This document shows, one piece after another, positions 39,364 to 52,869 of a stretch of DNA of 64,000 nucleotides. Origin of the DNA: Amphiscolops sp. MND2022 (taxonomy: Eukaryota); the NCBI GenBank assembly GCA_964187785.1, contig OZ076409.1:51338001-51402000 (forward strand), read 5' to 3'. The notes beneath the pieces are model-generated. The model did no database searches and was not told where the DNA came from. It saw nothing but the letters and a program-made list of their open reading frames with translations. The position numbers and the translations under genes were made by a program. Positions within the stretch are counted from its first letter, which is position 1. Every line of letters starts with the position of its first letter.

Positions 39364-42300
39364 TCAGACATATCTGTTTGCGAGGAAGGCCTTCCACAAG
39401 TAGAGGGCTGCAGCTGGCTTGTACTCCGGAACTGTATGTCCGGCTCCTCTTACAGTACTGAACTGAAGACGGGACCCGTAGCTCTGCCACCAGCCCCCGA
39501 TCTGCTTGTCAGCCGTGAACCACGCCTGAGGCAATACAAATATCAATCAACTGTACACGATGACGGCTTTTGATCAAAAGTTATTCGAAACCGTAGTTAT
39601 GCGATGCAACAGGTATAGTGGCTACCAGTTTTACTGAATGTTTTCTACCTGTTGTCTACCTCATTACTTACTTACTGAGCCTAAACTTCTGATGTTCTGA
39701 GTCATATCGAGAATAGATCATATTAACCTCGGCAGTACACGAGAAGTTGAAAAAAGTTATGGAAAAAAGCAAATTTTTGAAATGTATTTTTGCGAATTTT
39801 CACTTTTCCAGTTACTTTTTTGCCGGTGGCTCGAAAAAAAAACTATATTGACACATAATGACTCATTCCAGTTAGTCCAATAGAGTGTCGGTAAGAAAGA
39901 CAAATTTCGTTTTCCTATATGTTTTTTTTGTGTTTCATAATTTTTTATTAATTGCAAAAAATCTGTGTCCTCATTTGAGGACGAAATCACTGTCGAGGTT
40001 AATGCTTGTATCTCATTGGCTGAAATTGACTACTCCCAACCTTAATGAAGAAGTGCTCTTGTTGTATTGGCTTGACATTGTTGCGAGTTCTTCAGACTTT
40101 CGAACTGGCATTAAAAACTAGCCTACTATTCCGACAAGTCCTGATGTTGGGGTGGAAAAGTGGAAATATGTTATGCTAACGGAGTAACTGGAAGTGGTGT
40201 TGTATCCCAAATTATCAAGAAAATACTGGTCTCCCAAGAAGTTGCATGCTCCATCCACATCGCCGTTGAAAACAAGACCCTGGATTCCATTATCAACTGA
40301 AACCGTATGTCATTTTCATATCAAACAGCAGACAATTTCAATGGACAAATCTAAATTAACATAAGAAACAACAACGAATCATATGTGGAAATTCTCAGGA
40401 AAAATAGCATTCAAGCATATCTATTGAGTTTAGATGATTTGAGAGAACAATGTTTGTGTTTAATTAATTTGAAAACACGACGCCCGCTGCGCACTGGGAT
40501 GTTTTCCGCTTTGAATAGCTTAGCAACAACATAACACCATGAAAGGTCTCCGGACTGGCAAAAAACTTGCCACAGTAAGACTAGGGCACTTTTTCACGGA
40601 CTAAAAACATGGACTAAAAAAGCACTACGTTGAAAAAAGGGTGACAGGTTCAGATTCTCCGATTTTGGTATTTTTGCCAATTTCTAAAAAATTGACAATT
40701 TAAGATAGAAACCAAACCTAAAAGTGAACAGATAATATTTTTTTTGTCAAAAAAGAGCAAGTGTTCAAACGTTGACAATCGTTACGCTGTCTTTTTCGAT
40801 ATTGATGCAAGTATTCGATTCCTTCCCAAAATCGGTGATCGCAACTTACTCAGTATGTGGAATGGTTTAACTAAATCGTCATATTGTCTGATGTAATTGA
40901 AGTCAGTGTTGCAAATCTGCCAATCACCCAAACTGCTCTCGATGTGCAGGGCTTCTCGTACGTCTTGTCTGTTGAGCCAGTTGGTAGCCCCAACCGCGTT
41001 CACACAGGGCACAATCGGCTGGTCTTTCATCATTCTGTCAAGGATTCTGGCCAATCTTTTGTTACCCTGTAGGAGAGGTCGGAAAATGGTCTCTTTTGTC
41101 AACTGGGCTTTTACAATGTCGCCTGGAACATACAAAACTATGTCAGTAAATGCCCAGTAGTTACGGAGAAACTATGAATTATACAAGAGGTGAGTGGCAC
41201 TGTCATGTTTTTCGCATACTGGTACCAAAGATAATTTCTAAGGCAATCTTTAAGGACATCGTTTAAAATGTAAATATCACAAAATCACGAATTTGTGGTT
41301 TTTCCGAGTTTTGTCTTTGAAAAAATTGCTTCTGGCCGAAATTACTCTGAGATGTGACCTAAAAAACATAAAAGAAAATTAAAAATTCATTCAAAGTATA
41401 TATGAAGTTGATAATTTACATCCTAAAAACGTATTTGCTTCAAAATCCGATTCGAAGGATTCCCTATACAATGCATGCTTTATTGAAACTGAAGTTTGTC
41501 TTCAGGAAGAATTTTCAACAAGAGGCCTGTGTCATTGCGAGATTTTTCATATATTCTGGTGAAACGCAGACACTGTTAATTTTAAACAACACGCCCGCTG
41601 ACGGCGGGATATTTCCGCCCCAAACTGTTCGACTACGACATGTTTTAGAGGCTCAAAAGTAGCCAATGCACTTTGAAAATACATAGAAGTTTGAAAGAAA
41701 GAAACTTTTGACAATTTTTGATTCCACTCATCCCATTTTAAAAGGAAACACCTGATTTAAAAACACGCTAAGTACCGAATTGTTACGTTGTTGAACTAAG
41801 TGAATACCAGTATCTAACCTACCAAATTTTCATATGTTTATTTAAACTAAAAGTCACTAGATATTCCAAAGACTGGAAAAATTTGATGTCTTCGACTTCT
41901 TTGAGTTATTTGGACGCGCTGTTCAAAAAAGGAAACTGTATATATCACTTACCAAATGCCTACCGGATATCGGATTCAGTCGATGGTGAATATTTACACC
42001 CACGAATAAGTTCAAAAATTTGACAAAAATTGCAGTGAAACATTAAACAATTTTGAACTTTTTAGGGGGTATTTTTGCGTTTTTTTTCTACCTGGAAAAC
42101 TGCCAAATGTTTCATTGAAAGGGGTACCGCATAGCTAGTTATTTCATTTGGAGCTGTATTAATAATAATCAACAAACAAAAAAGGTCAAAAAGAAAAGAT
42201 TTTTTACATCCTTTGAAAATAAAATCTCCGTTGAAAATTAGATAATTTTTTTTGTGCATTTTTTTCGAAAATCGTACTGGTAGCTACATGTTTTGACTCT

Positions 42301-45300
42301 GAGCCTATATATATTTTAATTTAGGAAAAATTTTCGGAAAATGTTCAAAATTTGGAGTATGAGGTCGACAAACCAGATACTTTGGAAATTATAACTCCTT
42401 TGTCCTCAAGTTCGAGGAACCTTATACCGTTTTCTTTCACAAGTAGCATTTTGAATAGTCTATTGTTTCAACATGAGGTCAACGGAAGTCCTCTGCAACA
42501 AAAAGTTTTTGAACTGAACATAAAATGTCACGAAGTTATCAAAAAACGAGGTTTTTGTTATTTTCTGTCGGCGCCTCTTCCTTTAAGGAAAAAAGCCCGA
42601 CTATTACAGTGGCTAGTTTTTTTTTCTTTTTTTTCGTCAGACCACAGAGCTCTTCGCGTATGTACCACTTTTTACAGAATTTGATGAGACTACTCAAGCC
42701 AAGTCAGGCCAATGGAAACTTAGTGCAACGGGTCCCCCTTTCATTTTTTACCTTTTTTACGTAACCTACAAAACCGGAAGAGACCAAAGGGCCACCCCTT
42801 GCAATTTTTTTTCGGCACTGTGCGAAATTTTTTTCGAAAATTTTTTAAGGTCCTAACCCTTTTCATTTTTCGGCACTATGCGACAATTTCGAAGTTTTTT
42901 TCAAAAAAATTTTTTTTAAAAATCTCAAATTTTGTTCCCAGTTGGGAAACAGTGATTTTCCCGTCATATCAAGCATGAAAGGCACACTTTGGGTGTCTCA
43001 AAAGTGTTTTCAAAGCTTTTCATGAATACGTCCTGATCATATTTAGAAACCTTTGCGCTTCTTGAGCTTTAGATATAGCGCCGACTTTAGATGTTCCCGT
43101 CTTGTTTGGATTTGAGGTACTTTGAAGGCCAATTTTATCTGAGATTTGAATTTATACTTTCAAAAACGATAACTAATATCGGGCTTAGTCGTTGTTGAGT
43201 ATCGTTCTACTAATATGTTCCACCAAATTGCTGTTAAATTATACAACAAGAAGCCCGCTAAGCACCGGTATATTTTCCGCTGAAAATGTAACGCTTCAGT
43301 CCGGGTTCAGCCATGGCGCTTTTTTAGTTACTTGAATATTATATTGTTACTAGCAAAATAGTCAAGTAACGAAGTGGAGTGGAGATAAAGTGGAGTTTTG
43401 GCAAAATGTGTTTTAAAAAACGCGTCACAGATCATGATTTTCCTCCCCCATTTATGTGGGCGGAAAATAACAAGCTGCAAAAACGCTAAATTTTCACAAA
43501 ATTGATTTTTTAAAATCTTTGGGTCATTTTGAGGTATTTTTCTTCCTTGAGAACTGCAAACTTCTCTTTTAAGAACGATCTTTTCGAAGCTATTAACGTA
43601 CCAACGTTTATTAATTTTGAAAAAAATCACTAAATTTATACCTTAGACCAATTTCGGTCATTTTGAGGCCATTTTTGATGTTACAAGAAACTGCCCAAAG
43701 AGCCCACTTGATACTGCGTTTTTTTTATCGCTGAATGCTTCGAATTTCTAAACATAAGTTTAGATTTTTCAGCTTTTCATCCATTTGGAATTATGGCTTT
43801 TCATCAGGGTCACTTTTTCGTCATTTTGGAGGCTTTCGGGTCAACAGAAAAGTCTAAAAATCTCGACAAATACATATCGCATGAAAATAAGTTTACGTCA
43901 GTTGAATTATTCGGGTGAAACCATTTAACTGTGATATAAATTTGGAACATGGCAAATTTTGAAATAAAAACGCGGCTGATTTATATCGACACGTTTCCTG
44001 GAAAAAATGAGATACAAAAGTGAAACACTGGTGGGTGTTAAACCCCACACTCACACTCTTCCTTGTAAACAACTCGAATACAAGATCTAATAAAATTCGA
44101 AAATTGGGTAATTAAATAGAAATAGCGCATTTTCAATCGAAATTGGCATTATTTCAGAAAATGGTACTCTTATAGTTCAATTTGAAAAGAGACAGAAGTT
44201 CGACACTAATTGAAAAACTATTTGTAAGAAAATGTGCTCAAAGCCAACAAAACAAAAAAAAACATTCCAGGTTGAAAAAAATCTTTTAATAGCTGAAAAA
44301 TCAATGAAATCGAAAGACACACTTCAGTGAAATGGATTGCTCTTCTTAAAAGTCGCACTGCGCCGAATTTATGTAAAGAGGGGACAATCATTGATTTGAT
44401 CAAATGATTTGAAAACGCCTAATGGCAACATGCGAATTATGAACAAAACGAAGGAGAGACTCCCCGGGGAAAAGAAATAAACTCCTCACAGTGCGAAATA
44501 AAACTTTAGGTCTCCTGCAGTTTTTCAAACTAATTAAAATGTATGAGAGTCAAAAAAAGCACACCTGCATGCACTTTTGATACTAGGCAAACTCTGAAAT
44601 TGGTCCAGAGTCTTCTCGAAAAAAAGCTGCACAGCACTTACAAAATACAACGCCAAATCGCGATAGATTGCCCGCGGAGCATCCCATTTCTGGCCTCAAA
44701 GACCATATGAGCGTGCCTAGAAGATCTTTTTCATGAATTTTAATCCAATTTTAATTTCATTTTTTTTGTAAATGACTAGATTTCTACAAATTCAATGAAG
44801 ATTTAATCAAGCCTAGGTTTAGCCCTTACAAGGACCAAACCTCGATATAATTTATTCTTTGACTCTTTTGATGTTTCTCTCTCTGTATAGAATAAAGTTG
44901 TCAATTCATTCCAGGCACGTTAGTTAAACAGATGACCTTGGGAAGGAGGAGTGTCGCCATAGAAACAGGTGTCGACCACGTCATAGATGTTGAGATAGGG
45001 TGAGTAGATGGCGTTCAGAGCAGATGCCAGTTGGGCCTGACAGTTGTACGACTGACCACTCTGGAAGTCACACTGGATCTCAGAGTCTGGAACAAAGACA
45101 GTCAACAAAAGATTGCATAAATTTCATGGAAATTCATGTGCTCCCAGGTTCACCATCATGGCTTATGCTCAGCTTTTCATCATCCATGGCATCATGACTT
45201 TTCATCCATGATCATTCATGAATCATGGATGTTTTTCAAGAATCCAATCAAAAGTAATGAAAATACGTCCAAGAGTCTAAGTTTAGTAACTGCATATCAG

Positions 45301-48300
45301 AACCTTTATTTCGATATCGGAACCTCAATCCAATAGAAATCTAAGTTATCATTGGACTTTTTTTGCATGATGAAAACTCAATTCTCAACGGGAAATTTTC
45401 AAGGGAACAGAACTCAAACAAAATTATAGAATTCAGATCTAAAATGCTTCTAATCTATCCTTCTTTACGTCATTATAGAGGCTTATCGTTAGTTTCACTT
45501 TAGTAGCCGAAGAATCGTTTTTCGAAGAAAATCAAACGAGTTGTGATTTCTATTCGAGGTCGCTTACCAGGACAATTGCAAGAAGAGAGGAGGCCTTCAT
45601 AGAGGTCAATAGAGATGATTCCATGATTGTAACCGAAAGTGACAAGCGAATTCGTATTGTTTGCGTAACTCAGAAGTCCATTACCTACGGCGAAACCTGG
45701 AACAGAAGCATCACCAGTTTGCATCAAACACTAATGTTTCTGTTTTTTTGGAAGATTGATTTTAGTTGCAGTGATGTAATATGTAATACGAATTATATTC
45801 AACTATCCCCAACCTTTCACAATGTTTCATTTTAATGAGTGAATTGAAGAGTTAAAAACAAAGTTAAAAATGCAACGTATGAAAACGTTGTAACCTTTCA
45901 GCATAGATTGTAGAGGCGAATATGATTCGTATATTCTCAGAGTAAGGGTAGGTACATAAACACCACCGTAGCTTTCGCCTGTGATGTACAAGTCTCGGCC
46001 TTGGTACTCAGGGAACTTTTCCAGGAAATGATTCAAAGCGATGTAGTTCTGCAATGAAGCGCCATCGTCAGATACAGTGCAAGTTCCATCGTGGGCATAC
46101 GAGTATCCCACACAAGCAGGTGATTCTGAAAGCACGTAGAATAATGTTGGTGAAAGTGGAACTTTGAAAGAAATTTCTAATCTGGAAGTTGAAATATATG
46201 GAGGAAAAAACTAGAAGGATACCGCTGGGCATCTTTGTTTTTTTTTTGCTATACGCTTTAATGACGTCACAAAGCTGTAAAAAAATTGAAAAAATGTAGG
46301 CACGGTTCAATAAGCCAAGAGATGAAAGACATGAAAGCATTTTCTTCAAAATCAATAGATGTGATGTTTTTATTGAATGATATGGGTTGTTGCACTGAAG
46401 AAATCAACTGCGAGGAAGTGTCAGTTATTGACGTTTACCTTTGTATGATTGAGCGGATCAGTATAACAATGCATGTGGTTTCATTTCAACATTGTGCTCC
46501 TATTTCAGATATAAAACAGATACTCATTTCAACCGATAACTCCGTTTTTAGTCAGCGCATTTTATCAAAATGAGCCCGACTATTACAGTGGCAAGTTTTT
46601 TTCTTTTTTTCTTCGTCAGACCACAGAATGTATGCGTAGTGGACACTTTTTACAGAACTACTAAAGTACTGAATCTGCAAACGGGGAGCGCATTTAAGAT
46701 AGTTCAAAGGGTCCCCCCTTTCAGTTACTCCATTTTCATCGTAAGATACAAAACCGGACGAGACTATAGGGTCCCCCCTTTGAGTTTTTTCTGCACCCTG
46801 CGACTTTTTTTCGAAATTTTTTTTTGTCTCCAAAGGGTCCCCCCTTCAAATTTTTTGATATTTTACAGCAAACTGAAGTTCCAGAAAGCCCAAAGGGTCT
46901 CCCCTTTTAGGTTTTTCGGCACTATGAGACTGGCTCAAAATTCTTATTCTTCGATTTTTCGTTTTTTTTTCGAAAATTTTTTAATGTCTGAAAAGGGTCA
47001 CTTCAATTTTTAAAAATATTTTGCAACATAATAGATATTTAAAAATCCCAAAGGGTCCCCTCTTTTAGATTTTTCGGCACTAAGAGACTGTTCAAAATTG
47101 TCATTTTTCGTCTGAAATTAGGTTTTCTCACTATATATCTCCCAATAATTTTTTCCAAAACTATCCGAAACTTGGACGTAATATCCTGAGTAAAGTGCTA
47201 TATCCGAATTTTTGACGTTATATCCAAATTATATTCCGTTTCACTGAGGAGGAGGAGGCGGAGGTTCGAAAAGCGTTCCCATTTGTCCCAGTACGCTATA
47301 TCCGAAGTTTGAGATGTTACACCCCGCAACAAATTGGATTTTCAAAGAACCCAAATGGTTCCCCCTTTAACAATTTCAAAAAGTTTGAGTTTTTTGAGCT
47401 TTAGATATGGCGCCGACTTTAGACGTTCCCGTCTTGTTAGAAGTTCAATTGGGAAATAGTTCAATTCTGGCAAATATGGTTATGCTTCCATGAATGAAAT
47501 TGTAGTCAAAGTGTTACTTTGTGTTTTGATTGGATAACGAGATCTTATTCAGTAGAAATCAAATTTTTGTTCAGTTTTTTGACCCACTTGGACCTAGCTT
47601 CGAGTTTTTGACTGATGTTTGAAATCGAGTGTTTTGATATAATGCGGGGAGCGGGGACAGAAGTCAAGGACTCTTATACTGGTGGTGAAACGGTCAATAA
47701 TTGGAATGCTCCTGCATCTTATACTTCAATTTGAGCTACCTGAAAAACAAGAACCAAACAAACCCAAATAGATCATATTCGTCATCAAATTCCAAGCGTA
47801 CGGGTTCCGAATGAGATTGTCCCCACTTCCATCCACTAACAGAGGTCCATGCTCGTACAGCATACCATCCATGGAACTGCATCCAGGTCCCCCATTGAGC
47901 CAGAGCACCAATGGGTCACTCTGAGGGTCATTCTGGCTCTCCACAAACCAATAGTGCAGCTGAATGTTTCCATCAGTTGATCCATTGAGGTATCCAGAGT
48001 ACTGGTTGTAGTTAAGTTGACCCGAGAAACCCGGCAGGCTTGTAATTTGGTCCGGATGTCCAGCCTCACATTTGTCTGAAAATGGATTTGAGTCATATTT
48101 TGAGTTGAAAATATTTGTTCATCTCAAGTGGTCTAATCTCGAAATTTTTTGACGTCATAAAATGCATAAAAGTGTTTTCAAAATCTCGTATTGTAGCGAC
48201 AATTAGATTTGTCCAATGAACAGAATACTAGCAGGAAGTCAACATTTTTACTGGAAAATGCAATTCACTGCTTTTTCTGTGCTGAAATGTATTAAAAAAT

Positions 48301-48416
48301 CATTGATTGACAAAATTTTCTTTCGTTTACTTGTTTGAAAAATGTAGCAAGCAGTTCGACTTACATAAGCAGGACAAAAAAACCACCAAAGGTATTAAAG
48401 CTGGGATGATCTTCAT
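39364..48416 (-). CDS. CTSA-like: Serine carboxypeptidase S10 (cathepsin A-like), paralog 2, 8 exons, 474 aa
   Basis: Exons are 48416-48365, 48075-47764, 46125-45895, 45696-45568, 45086-44937, 41122-40850, 40296-40181 and 39525-39364; all are GT-AG with the same phases as paralog 1 (1425 nt). The signal peptide is [17 protein letters not shown]. Motifs: [32 protein letters not shown]. Confidence 0.93.
42561..43106 (+). mobile_element. Helentron-type non-autonomous element (intron 5 of paralog 2)
   Basis: 5' end TTTTCTGTCGGCGCC...CCCGACTA; 3' end AGCGCCGACTTTAGATGTTCCCGTCTTGTT. Confidence 0.7.
46545..47438 (+). mobile_element. Helentron-type non-autonomous element (intron 2 of paralog 2)
   Basis: 5' end TTTTTAGTCAGCGC...CCCGACTA, internal AAGGGTCCCC subrepeats, 3' end GGCGCCGACTTTAGACGTTCCCGTCTTGTT. 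Confidence 0.72.
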
Positions 48417-49913
48417 AAATACGCTAGTTGAATATCAGCAGCCGCTCAAGAATTTTAGTTTTGAGGTATTACTTTTATCAGTGAGGTCCCGTTTTCCTTA
48501 TTTAAAACTAAACATTCATATCTATCGATTTGTTAAGTTGTTGGAATGCTTTGAGATCAATCAAACATTATGTACAAACACTTGTAAGCCTACCTTATGT
48601 TTTGTGCAAGAAATTTGTTTCTAGAGCGAGGTCATTGCAATCTTTGAAAGTTTCGTACTTTATCAGTACTTTAAAGAACATTCAGCATCTGATGGTATTC
48701 TTGAGTTCAACTTTGAAGGTGTCCTGAAGAAATTTGAAGCACAATGTTTGCTTTTCAATGTCCAATTCCAATCTTTGGAGGGAAATTCTATGCGATAAGA
48801 GCTGAAGATTGTAAGAAATGTTCCAATGAGGGCGAGGACAACCTTCTTCCAAGCTATTATTCTCAAGCGAAGCTGAAGAAGTTTCGGGTACAAAAACATT
48901 TTTTAAAATGAACTGTTTCTTGCATGACCCATGTTCATATGAATCTAAGATTTCAAAAACCTCAATAAAAACTGAACTACGATGAAACTCACAGAAAACT
49001 TTAACCAGAGAATCTTCTATTTTGAGCTACTGCTTCTTCATTGTGAGAACCGTCAGAAGCTTCTCTTTGCAAACAAAGAGTTTTACGAGATTTATATTGT
49101 TTCTAAAAGGTTTCGTTGAGCTTTGCTTATAAAAAGACCGACGTATTAACATTTGGCCAGTTTTGATATGTCAGAGCACAACTTTCCTCGAGCTCCCCTT
49201 CTTAAATTGTTTTTCCCAATTGGGGATAACGCATATCCGGGATGTGCAAGGAATGACAAAATGTGACAGTTTAACATTCCCGAAGATTTTAACGGCTTGC
49301 CGAGTCTTTCTCTAGTAATGGAATTTTATTTTGCTTGCATTTGTCATGAAATTGACTATTCCACAGCGAGAGCTGCTTTTCTTCTGATATTTGTTTTATA
49401 TATAGTTTTAAAGGAGACTACAAACTCAAACTCCTCGTTTTGTCTTTGGTTGGGCTCCGTGCACCATTTTCCTTTAGAAACCACGGTGTTTTTCATGTTC
49501 AGTATAACAATGTTTAGGACAAAATTTTGTTTGTTCATTAAATATGCACAATGCTGCCATGCCCTTCAGTGCATAACAAAACTGTTGCAGAGTTTCGTTG
49601 TTATGCTGTTTCGTCGAAAAAAAGTCAAATTCTGTCCGGTGTCTTGTTTCCCTTTTTCAATATAATTGTTTTTTTTGCGAACTGACAGAAGGTCTTTGAC
49701 TTTCGCCTCCGCAAATTTCACCCAGTGTAAAATATCTTGAAACTCTTGCCAAGAATCTTGCATATTCTTGAAACCCTTGGTAAGAATCTTGGCAAGATTC
49801 TTACCAAGAGCGCCAAGAATATGTACGATCTTGCAAGATCTTGTCAAGAACTTCAAGAAAAATGCCAATTTGTTTAGACCAAAAAAAACCCTAAAAAAGT
49901 GATTTTAGTACAA

Positions 49914-50443
49914 AACAAGACGGGAACGTCCCAAGTCGGCGCCATATCTTGGGCTCAAAAATATTCAAGGAACAACTATTGGAAAAATTTGGAAAAAAAA
50001 ATTTTTTTTCAAAAAAAATTTTGATTTTTTTTCGAAAAAAGTATTTTTTAGGTCGCACAATGCCGAAAAACTCAAAAAGAGGCCATTCAGGCTCATTCAA
50101 CGTTTTCTACAAACCGAAAACTTCAAAAAAATTCAAGGGGGTACCCTTTGATAAATTTCGAAAGTTTTCGAAAAAAGTCGCATAGTGCCGAAAAAAAACC
50201 CAAAGGGGGGACCCTTTGGTCTCACCTGTACTTTTGGAAGCATTAAAAAAATTTATGGTTTAGTGCGGGATTCGAACCCACGCTCTCCGGCTGGGTCGAA
50301 GATAGAAGATGAACAAATATGAAAGATGAACAAAAATTGTAAGAAAAGTGGACCACTCAGAGTGAGATTGTCAACTGAAAAAAAAACTACTCACTGTAAG
50401 AGTCGGGCTTTTTTCCTTAAGGGAAAAGGCGCCGACTAAAAAA
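49914..50443 (-). mobile_element. Helentron-type non-autonomous element nested in the CMC-like MITE
   Basis: Left end AACAAGACGGGAACGTCCCAAGTCGGCGCC; right end AGTCGGG...GGCGCCGACTAAAAAA. Confidence 0.75.
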
Positions 50444-50704
50444 CACTCAGGAAAAACCAAGAAGTACCAAGAATCTTGTCAAGAAATCCAAGAAAATCCA
50501 AGAATCTTGCCAAGAAATCCGGGAAAACCCAAGAGTAAGCGGGAAAATGTCAGAGATTATTGGATGATAATGAATGAAATTGCATGAAAAGGTCTTAAAT
50601 TTCATTTATTTTGGTAAAAGTAATGCTGTTAAGCACCACTTCAATAGAGAATTGGCGAGCTGAATTTAGTTTACTGAATTAGTATACAACAGTTCCACGT
50701 CTAT

Positions 50705-51090
50705 AAAAAATAGTGATTTTTAGACGTTATTTCTAAAAAAAGTGATTTAGGACGTTATTCCTGAAAAAATGATTTCAGACGTTATTCTACCAGAATACGG
50801 ATATTTTAAACGTCATTCCAGTAAAATACAGTGTTATTAGATCTTATTCTACCAAAATACAGTGATTGTAGCCGTTATTCCACAAAAATAGTGATTTTTA
50901 GACGTTATTTCACAAAAATAACGATTTTGGACGTTATTCCTGAAAAAAGTGTTTTCAGACGTTTTTCTACCAGAATACGGTCATTTTAATCGTTATTCCA
51001 GTAAAATACAGTGATTTCAGACGTTATTCTACCAGAATACCGTCATTTTAAACGTTATTCCAGTAAAATAGTGCTTTTAGACCTTTTTCT
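50705..51090. repeat. Minisatellite, ~28-31-bp unit, about 13 copies
   Basis: Repeated unit AAAATA(C)AGTGATTTTAGACGTTATTC. Confidence 0.85.
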
Positions 51091-51912
51091 CCATCCCATC
51101 TAGACCATTTTCATCTAAAATTCATGACAATCTAACCTAAAATCAAAACATCTTACCTATCCAGCGGCTAGAGGAAACGCGGTGCCGAAAAGCGTCCTTA
51201 ATGCTACCCGGGTCATTAAGGTAACCCCGCAAAAGAAGGTTTTTTACCGCTCTAATGTAGTCAAACGTGACACGCAAATTTCACGCCCGAAAGATGAATT
51301 CGAATTTTTCACCTCTTAAATTTCTTGGTAGAAATCTTGACAAGAATCTTGTCAAGAATTTCAAGATTTTTTAACGGTCCAAGAATAATTCAAGATCTTA
51401 TCAAGGGTTTCAAGAGGTAACGGGAATATGCGGGAATATCCAAGATCTTGGCAAGAGTTTTAAGATAATATACACTGGGCATCCTAGGTACTCATTCGAC
51501 AATGTCTTTCTTGCCGCTGACGGGGTGACAAATAGAGTAGACTGAGACGCTTCCTGTTGATCACTCTGTAGTTCAAAAGGTTCAACAGTACTTTGTCTCT
51601 ACCTTCTTCTTATAGAGGCTAGCCTCTTATAGAGGTATTCAATTAAACAAGAAACTTTCGCAATTACCACAACGGCGAAGATGTCTTCCAACGCCAATTT
51701 TGGCCGGTTTTCTGCACCATCATTCCGTGACACAAGAGATTTCACTTTCCACATTTTTGGAGGTCATCTGGTTCGGCATTGTTAACAAGAGTTGATTTAA
51801 ACAATTTTAAAAATCACCGGATCTAATATTCGTAAAATTATCGACTGTTTTTTAATCGACTGTTCTCTTTTAAACAACCCATCAGAAAAGCCATTTTGCC
51901 CAACAATGCGAT

Positions 51913-52848
51913 CCCGTACTGGCAACCCACCGCAAACCACCGGTGACCACCAGTGGACCACCGGTGGAGACATTTTAGGGCTGCCAATTTAATGGGCTGC
52001 CAAATTTAATGAGACATTTTTGGGCTGCCAAAATTCTAAAACGGATTTTGAAAGTTCAAATCACGCGCTCGAGCATGCTTGTCAGTACATTTTTGCTTGT
52101 CATCATTTTTCAGCTGAAGTGAGTAATTTTTCTGGTTTGGGTAATTTTTTGGTTTTTTCAAAGGGTTGCCTTAAAGACCCGGGTAGCATTGTAGGTAAGA
52201 TGTAACGAATTTTGGGTTAGATTGTTATGAATTTTAGATGAGAAAATGGTCTTAATGGGGGGTGTAGAATAAGATATAAAGAATACAGATTAAATTATTC
52301 CACCCTCCAGGACCAGATTTGAAAGATCGCAGATCTAAAATCACTGTATTTTGCTGAAATAGGGCCGAAAATAGTATTTCTGATAGATTATCTTAAAACA
52401 CTGTATTCCCATGGAATAAGGCCTAAAACCACTGCGATTTGGTGGAATGAGGCCCCGATGTGTTTTTCTGATAGAGTAAGATCTAAAATCAGTGTATTTT
52501 GGTGGAATAGGGCTATAACGATTTTCCTGATAGAATAATATCTAAAACCATGTATTTTCATGGAATTAGTCCCAAAATTACACTGGAAGGATACCATTTT
52601 GGGATTGTTACTGATTTATTACCGGTGGAGCCATCGGTGGTCAGTGGTGTATTTATAGATTTCCACCGGTGACCACCGTTGGAGCATTCGGTGACCACCG
52701 GTGGAATCATCGGTGGACTACCGGTGGGATCAAAACTTTCCACCAGTGGCCACGGCAAAAGCTGCGGATGCCACCTCAGTGGTCCACCGGTGGGACTCCG
52801 GTGGATCATCGGTGACCACCGGTGGACTGCGATTTGTTTCCAACCCGG
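51913..52848. mobile_element. Second MITE-like element with CCACCGGTGG palindromic subterminal repeats
   Basis: Arrays of CCACCGGTG(G/A) sit at both ends and the CCCG..GCAAC TIRs are degenerate. Internal 52160-52260 is an inverted homolog of 51090-51230, and related ~30-bp units occur at 52330-52590. Confidence 0.55.
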
Positions 52849-52869
52849 TATGTCTTTTTCGGACAAAAA

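Larger units (their letters stand above)
49721..51479. mobile_element. Non-autonomous TIR element (CMC/EnSpm-like) with subterminal TCTTGNCAAGA repeats
   Basis: The TIRs are CCCAGTGTAAAATATCTTGAAACTCTTGCCAAGA and TCTTGGCAAGAGTTTTAAGATAATATACACTGGG. The dinucleotide CA flanks both sides (2-bp TSD). Confidence 0.75.

Noticed and set aside
46570..47013. 147-aa Phe-rich ORF and similar short ORFs in repeats (for example 17797-18045, 52558-52986)
   Set aside because: These are low-complexity translations of non-coding repeat subunits with no protein motifs.
50255..50295. tRNA-like GCGGGATTCGAACCCACG (B-box/T-arm on the minus strand)
   Set aside because: Only a 3' fragment with no complete cloverleaf, and it lies inside a Helentron-type element; not a tRNA gene.
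50705..51090. Regular ~30-bp repeats as a possible CRISPR array
   Set aside because: The units are contiguous and degenerate with no unique spacers, no cas genes are present, and the context is eukaryotic; this is a minisatellite.
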